64,000 nucleotides of DNA, taken from positions 186,001 to 250,000 of the forward strand of contig NC_092680.1 in the NCBI RefSeq assembly GCF_964355755.1. The letters run 5' to 3'. Position numbers and translations under genes: made by a program. This document shows positions 61,201-64,000 of the stretch, in pieces (the first letter of the stretch is position 1; the number at the start of each line of letters is the position of its first letter). Under the pieces are notes generated by a model that saw nothing but the letters and a program-made list of their open reading frames with translations, made no database searches and was not told the DNA's origin. This DNA comes from Antedon mediterranea (Eukaryota > Animalia > Echinodermata).

Positions 61201-62545
61201 AATTTTCAGTGTATCACCGGGCGGTTTGGAATTTATTTCTATGCCTGTTGTGTAAATATATATACATATATATAAATATATATACATATATAAACAAATC
61301 AGGCAAAGAACATTAATTCTAAACCGCCCGGTGATATACTGAAATTTAATTAATTAATTTGAAACGATAAAGATGAGGAAATCTGTGAGAATGAGAAAAA
61401 GTCGCCCCAATCGAGACTCGAACTCGGACCGCCTGCTATAAATATAATGCTTTTCATCAAATGTAAAACACACAGCCAGAGAGAAACTTCATAGTACTGA
61501 TATACATTAGTTATTGTAATAAAATGATTATCATTTTTGGTCATGAAACAAGATATGTTAATTGTTGTGTACTACATCATGAAATGGTAAAACATTCAAC
61601 TCCAAATTTGTTCATAACAATATATATTATACTTGACCTGACCTATAATGTTTACATTGTTTCTTTATGTACATTAGTCGTATTCGGCTACTGAAATTGC
61701 ATTTTTTTTTATTGCATAGTGATTAATTGATTGATTTGATTTATAAACGTGGTTGATAAACTCGTGCAACGTGCTACATCAACATCTAGTAATTAATCCA
61801 CACGTTTACATGCTCCATTATAACAACAATTTATGCTGCTGCTGTAGTTTTTCCACGACTTAGCTACTTTCTTTTGCCAGTCAGAGACTTGTGCAAATAT
61901 CATTCCAAGAAATTATCTCCAGCTTTTCCTGAAAAACGCAAAATGTGCACTTTAGTGACAGAGGTTGTAAATTAGCAAAATGTGCACTTTAGTGACAAAG
62001 GTTGTATAATCAGCTAAATGTTGATAGAGTGCCTGTCTTTGCTTTTAAAATTTTGTTTTATCTCCAACGATCTCAATTTATGCTTAATATTCGACTGTAC
62101 ATTGTTTAAAATCTTGCATGTTTTCTCCTTTTCTTTTTTTAACCATTTCACATTTATTTTTTGAATTGTTGCTGAGGATTTTCAGTTTCCCAATAAAAGT
62201 ACAGATTAGAAAAGTTGCAACATCTATTAAGCTCTGTCTACACTATCAAACTTTATGTGACAAAAAAATGTGATGTGCCCTGTATATCACTAGCATATTT
62301 GGGAATATCACTACCATTTTTGGACAAATCTCACATTTTTTTCAAACTAGTTTGATAGTGTAGACAGAACTTACATTTTTTATCAATGTTGCAATGTATT
62401 GTTTATTTCAGCATACAGCCAAGTATGACTTATTGTCATGTTTTTTATCTAGCTCAACTAATTGTATACAATGTTTTCTTTAGATTAATGTGAATAATAG
62501 TTCACCGGATGTTAAAGCCTTCCACAGGACAAGTTTCATTGCATC
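10211..62545 (+). CDS. AKAP13: AKAP13/ARHGEF28 (Lbc/RGNEF)-family Rho guanine nucleotide exchange factor, 5' part; continues beyond the window
   Basis: Phase-consistent exons: (10211-10253), 17420/17434-17466, 23940-24090, 25039-25323, 25529-25712, 36106-36233, 39438-39545, 39985-40092, 40931-41013, 41618-41696, 41978(or 41990)-42236, 43532-43647, 48312-48335, 50299-50357, 51199-51289, 51697-51733, 52525-52578, 53999-54198, 54587-54639, 54951-55068, 55428-55507, 59297-59351, 59724-59788, 62484-62545. The N-terminus MAFSPNEAPIYGGG..YVVFSGSSLRH..LHSIIPGH..LDLPHSW..PRETLLHFATR matches the AKAP13/ARHGEF28 N-terminal domain as I recall it. A C1 domain and an ERPKS motif follow. Low-complexity middle exons are less certain. 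The symbol is family-level; it could equally be called ARHGEF28-like. Confidence 0.88.
10610..12051. mobile_element. Non-autonomous DNA transposon with ~260-bp terminal inverted repeats and 8-bp TSD (Merlin- or MULE/foldback-like)
   Basis: Left end GGCGCTAATGCAGTTTCGTACCCACCCCTTAAAATTACTCA is the reverse complement of the right end ...TGAGTAATTTTAAGGGGTGGGTACGAAACTGCATTAGCGCC. Inverted similarity extends over ~10610-10870 vs ~11790-12051. GATTTATT is directly repeated at 10602-10609 and 12052-12059. No ORF inside. Confidence 0.9.
13152..13655. repeat. Minisatellite, 39-bp unit, ~13 copies
   Basis: AAAAAGCGGGACAATTC(C/A)GGGTTGGGCGGGACACAACTT repeated; explains ORFs 13136-13672 and 13149-13706. 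Confidence 0.98.
14247..14556. repeat. Minisatellite, perfect 18-bp unit, ~17 copies
   Basis: ATCTACCAATGCGCCGTA repeated without visible mismatch. Confidence 0.99.
17048..17350 (+). mobile_element. GC-rich interspersed repeat fragment (SINE-tail-like)
   Basis: GC-rich island in an AT-rich intron ending ...GATAAGGGATGTTAAACTGTGGCC(ATT)n, resembling SINE 3' tails. Family not identified. Confidence 0.35.
21105..21735. mobile_element. TTAA-flanked non-autonomous DNA transposon (Kolobok-like)
   Basis: TTAA|AGACCCCTTCCCTGCAATTTT ... AAAAACGTAGGGAATGGGCT|TTAA. Imperfect TIRs with RR...YY ends and a TTAA TSD, the pattern described for Kolobok. CpG-rich interior. Confidence 0.7.
22349..22706. repeat. 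Minisatellite, 72-bp unit, ~5 copies
   Basis: TGTGGCACATGTCCAGTTCATAATACAGTATGACGTAATTAACTAGTGATTTTTGCATCTTTTCATATTTGA repeated; explains ORF 22309-22713. Confidence 0.97.
23146..23297. mobile_element. MITE family A, copy 1 (PIF/Harbinger-like)
   Basis: GCTCTGTCTACACTATCAAACT...TGTGATGTGCCCAAATATGGTAGTGATATG...TTGATAGTGTACAG; same family as 50933-51070 and 62230-62371; right TIR decayed. Confidence 0.8.
26889..27017. repeat. ~130-bp near-perfect inverted repeat (hairpin)
   Basis: ATAGATCATATTATAAATCATGAACAAATTGTAAAAT pairs with ATTTTACAATTTGTCTATGACTTATAATATGATCTAT; inner stem ATTTATGTG/CACATAAAT. Confidence 0.85.
29795..30105. repeat. Minisatellite, ~22-26-bp unit
   Basis: CTCCTCC(C/T)CTTTCTGCGGTAATCAT, ~12 copies, preceded by a CTCGAATAAACG duplicated motif (29702-29740) that resembles a MITE subterminal repeat. 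Confidence 0.93.
30575..31682. repeat. Minisatellite, ~77-bp unit, ~14 copies, with internal palindrome
   Basis: GCTTATATCTCTAGTACTGTATTAGTACTAGAGTAGTTGGTACTGATAGTGTACTCATTCTGATGGTGGTAACGAAT repeated. Confidence 0.97.
32658..33555. mobile_element. ~900-bp non-autonomous DNA transposon (Harbinger-like TIRs)
   Basis: CGCCCGTATTCTTAAACTGGACTTTAGTCATAGTTCGA vs right end TCGAACTACGACTAAAGTCCGGTTTAAGAATACGGGCG (~38-bp TIR). Flanked by TTAT/TTAT (contains TTA). Subterminal TAGTCG(A) repeats. Confidence 0.85.
33830..34044. repeat. Minisatellite, 43-bp unit, 5 copies
   Basis: TACCTGTGACCCACAATTGTCCAATCAAATGAATTTATTTAGG repeated. Confidence 0.97.
37952..38202. repeat. Tandem repeat, 76-bp unit, ~3.3 copies
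   Basis: CATCTGAACACATATTTAACTAATAAATACCATTGAGGAAAAAATATTATTTATTCCTCCATGTACATACATCATT. A separate ~54-bp duplication follows at 38237-38344. Confidence 0.93.
40230..40875. repeat. Pyrimidine-rich minisatellite, ~28-bp unit
   Basis: TTTTCATT(A/G)TCATTGTTTTC(T/C)CTT(T/C)A repeated more than 20 times; explains three overlapping F/S/L/I-rich ORFs. Confidence 0.97.
41183..41436. repeat. Tandem repeat, 63-bp unit, 4 copies, abutting a decayed tRNA B-box on the minus strand
   Basis: GATACTCACCAATGTTCTACACTTTCTTAACAAAATCCCCCTGATCTAGTTCATACAGGATTT. The last copy continues CAGGATTTGAACC (reverse complement GGTTCAAATCCTG). Confidence 0.9.
43774..44535. repeat. Minisatellite, 46-bp unit, ~16 copies
   Basis: TTGAATGTCTACTTATAATACTAGTAGTAATAAC(A/C)CTACCATTCTA repeated. 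Confidence 0.98.
45223..45344. repeat. Tandem repeat, 39-bp unit, 3 copies
   Basis: TTTAGTTCATTTTACGTTGATTGTATTGAGTCCAGTGTT. Confidence 0.9.
46099..46382. repeat. Tandem repeat, ~56-bp unit, 5 copies
   Basis: AAGTATAAATCAGTCTTTGGT(G/A)AATTATATTAACTAGTATAATATATGTCATTTTT. Confidence 0.92.
47384..47981. repeat. Irregular tandem repeat containing (TTAGGG)1-3 tracts
   Basis: Shared core TTGACAGTTAATACAAATTATGATAATACTATTTGGTATCTGTGTTAGGGTTAGGGTTTATA in ~6 units of variable length. Confidence 0.9.
49891..50050. repeat. Minisatellite, 31-bp unit, 5 copies
   Basis: A(A/T)AGTATTGAACATGTACAGCTCAATGATAA repeated. Confidence 0.93.
50933..51070. mobile_element. MITE family A, copy 2 (PIF/Harbinger-like, TTA TSD)
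   Basis: TTA|ATCTCTGTCTACACTATCAAA...TTTGATAGTGTAGACAAGGCT|TTA. Confidence 0.85.
53660..53737 (+). pseudogene. 5S rRNA-derived sequence (pseudogene or SINE3-type head) with internal deletion
   Basis: CACGGCTTTACCAC...GATCACTGAAGTTAAGCAACGTTGGGCCTGGTTAGAGCTTGGATGGGAGACCATCTGGG matches the 5S 5' end and internal control region (A box, IE, C box). About 20 nt are missing and there is no normal 3' end. Confidence 0.85.
54951..55507 (+). CDS. C1 (Cys/His zinc-finger) domain exons of the RhoGEF
   Basis: 54951-55068 + 55428-55507 give HQFVGVVFSNNKKCHQCEKSVTNKDALQCSICQVIVHNSSCKDNVVSC (H-x12-C-x2-C-x11-C-x2-C-x4-H-x3-C-x6-C). Confidence 0.9.
55923..56727. repeat. Minisatellite, 67-bp unit, 12 copies
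   Basis: TG(T/C)TATCTACTTGGTTATCTGCAATTGATATTGCGGATAATCCTTGATTGATTGCAAGGATTTCTTT repeated. Confidence 0.98.
57434..57632. repeat. Tandem duplication, ~90-bp unit, 2+ copies
   Basis: TCTTTTATCAATATTGCCACAGACATCAATCTCCTACCC...GTAGGTCATTAGT duplicated; explains ORF 57366-57695. Confidence 0.9.
58039..58327. mobile_element. MITE with ~21-bp TIRs
   Basis: GCCTATTTCCCACTAAGTGAA vs TTCACTTAGTGAAAAGTAGGC (reverse complement GCCTACTTTTCACTAAGTGAA). Confidence 0.65.
60774..61437. mobile_element. (TA)n-associated tRNA-containing repeat complex with direct and inverted partial copies
   Basis: 60803-60881 is about identical to 61175-61253 (direct); 61290-61437 is about the reverse complement of 61109-61253. 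Segments are separated by (TA)n tracts. Confidence 0.8.
61072..61143 (+). tRNA. tRNA-like cloverleaf, anticodon ATC (Asp-like); probably a repeat/SINE-borne pseudo-tRNA
   Basis: Acceptor GCCCCAG/TTGGGGC, A-box TGGTCTAATGG, anticodon stem CTGC/GCAG with loop ATATCAA, T-arm CCGAG-TTCGAGT-CTCGG, T5 tract at 61146-61150. D-stem imperfect and loop position 32 non-canonical. Confidence 0.55.
62230..62371. mobile_element. MITE family A, copy 3
   Basis: AGCTCTGTCTACACTATCAAACT...AGTTTGATAGTGTAGACAGAACT, ~23-bp TIR. Confidence 0.85.
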
Positions 62546-63163
62546 GTATGTATACCATTATCTATATATAAATTTACGTAAGGGCAAAATTCGGTAAATC
62601 GCGCCTTACTTCTAGAATGTTTACTCGATGGTATATAAAGTTGGTTCGTGCTTTCAATACTGATTTTAACCACCTGATGTAACCCTGTTTACTAATTAAA
62701 TGGAGTTCGATAATTAGTTATTGACGATTAAAACGAATTTAGGTTCAACGATTTGCCCCAAATAGGGGTGTTTTCCGATCGTGGTATACACTGTCCAATG
62801 CATGTCTATCTTGAAAAATACCCGCATACAATAATACGAGGATGCTTCGCATTTTCCTATCTCCTCCTACGATAATTGTTTTTAATGGATGAAAACCGGT
62901 TGAACAGCTCGAGTACAGCATCATAATGTTGAAGACAGACCTATTTTCTTAAAAACATACTATTTTGATAGATTTAATATACATTTATACAAATGTATTG
63001 ATTTCCGATGAATGGAACATTCCAATAATAACTCTTTGCTTTAACACAAGTACCACCAGCTGTAGGTAAATTTATTGGCCCTTGGGGAATTAACCTAAAA
63101 CCTATATATAGATATAGTATTGCAATAAATACGTATTAACATTTGTGGTCGCCATTTAATTTA

Positions 63164-63700
63164 CTGTGAGTGTGGGTACTGTTAGATGTATAACACAATC
63201 ATGTACAAATAAACGTATTACTGTGAGTGTAGGCCCTACTGTTATATAGAACGTACAATATACAAATAAACTGTAGTACTGACAGTTGCTTCTCAACGTT
63301 TGTATTAATTAATAATTACAAAGAATATAAACGTTGTAGTGGTACGTGTATCGTTACATGTACTACCGTATTCTATTTCAATCGACTATGACAGTGACAG
63401 TTTTAACAATAAAGTATTAAGTCGCAAATGTGTTACTGTATCAAGTGGTATATTATTTATAGGCCTGTGAGTAGGCCCTACTGTTATACAAAACGTACAA
63501 TATACAAATAAACTGTACTACTGACAGTTGCTTCTCAATGTTTGTATTAATTAATAATTACAAAGAATATAAACGTTGTAGTGGTACGTGTATCGTTACA
63601 TGTACATGCTATTTCAATGGACTATAACAGTGACAGTTTTAACAAAGTATTAAATCGCAAATGTGTTACTGTATCAAGTGGTATATTATTTATAGGCCTA
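63164..63700. repeat. Tandem duplication, ~240-bp unit, 2 copies plus a partial copy
   Basis: CTGTGAGT(GT)AGGCCCTACTGTTATA...ATTATTTATAGGCC at ~63221-63465 and ~63465-63699. Confidence 0.88.
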
Positions 63701-64000
63701 TCAAACATGAAAAACATATTTCGTTACTGAGTAGATAAAGAATATATTAAAACAGTGTTCTTCTTTGTACCCATATCCTCTTCCCCATCCCTCAACCCTA
63801 ATGTTACACACAAAACACAAATTGGGTTTGTTTAAATGAGTCCAAATAACAAATTTGGACTAATTTTGGAAGTAATTCCCAGTGTGCTAATTTCAGTTTA
63901 ATACATAAATCATCGTGTCTATTTATTCGTTTCTGTAAACAATAATAACTACTGTATTATCATCCTGCGGTACGTACATTTGAAATCGCCAGTTTTGTTA

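Noticed and set aside
62581-62790. Possible transposon end (GGGCAAAATTCGG...GATTTGCCCC); similar lone ends at ~35369 and ~50395
   Set aside because: No matching second terminus or TSD could be identified with confidence.
1-64000. Autonomous transposon, viral or prokaryotic defence/enzyme system
   Set aside because: No long non-repetitive ORF and no RT, transposase, integrase or recombinase motifs in the six-frame track; all recognisable coding sequence belongs to three spliced host genes.

Overview
AT-rich eukaryotic (animal, probably marine invertebrate) genomic DNA with GT-AG spliceosomal introns; it is not prokaryotic. By hand-splicing I reconstructed three protein-coding genes. (1) The 3' part of a long-tailed class I myosin (MYO1E/F type: end of motor, IQ, TH1, Gly/Pro-rich TH2, SH3) on + at <1-4102. 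(2) A complete 7-exon, ~421-aa six-bladed Kelch protein on - at 7332-9923, convergent with the myosin, with one Kelch blade per exon and an N-myristoylation-type N-terminus. (3) The 5' part of a large AKAP13/ARHGEF28-family RhoGEF on + (from 10211 or 17434 to >62545), head-to-head with the Kelch gene across a ~290-bp bidirectional promoter. Its conserved N-terminal domain and C1 domain are visible; DH-PH would lie beyond the window. Introns hold many non-autonomous DNA transposons (a long-TIR element with an 8-bp TSD, a TTAA-flanked Kolobok-like element, several PIF/Harbinger-like MITEs, a TA-flanked MITE whose end seeded a 1.5-kb satellite), 5S- and tRNA-derived SINE-like pieces and about 20 minisatellites. 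Most long ORFs in the supplied track are repeat artefacts. The most unusual item is a (TA)n-embedded repeat complex at 60.7-61.5 kb carrying a complete tRNA-like cloverleaf with an ATC anticodon, with direct and inverted partial copies. I cannot show from sequence alone that any element is a new biological system. All coordinates were counted by eye and may be off by a few bases.
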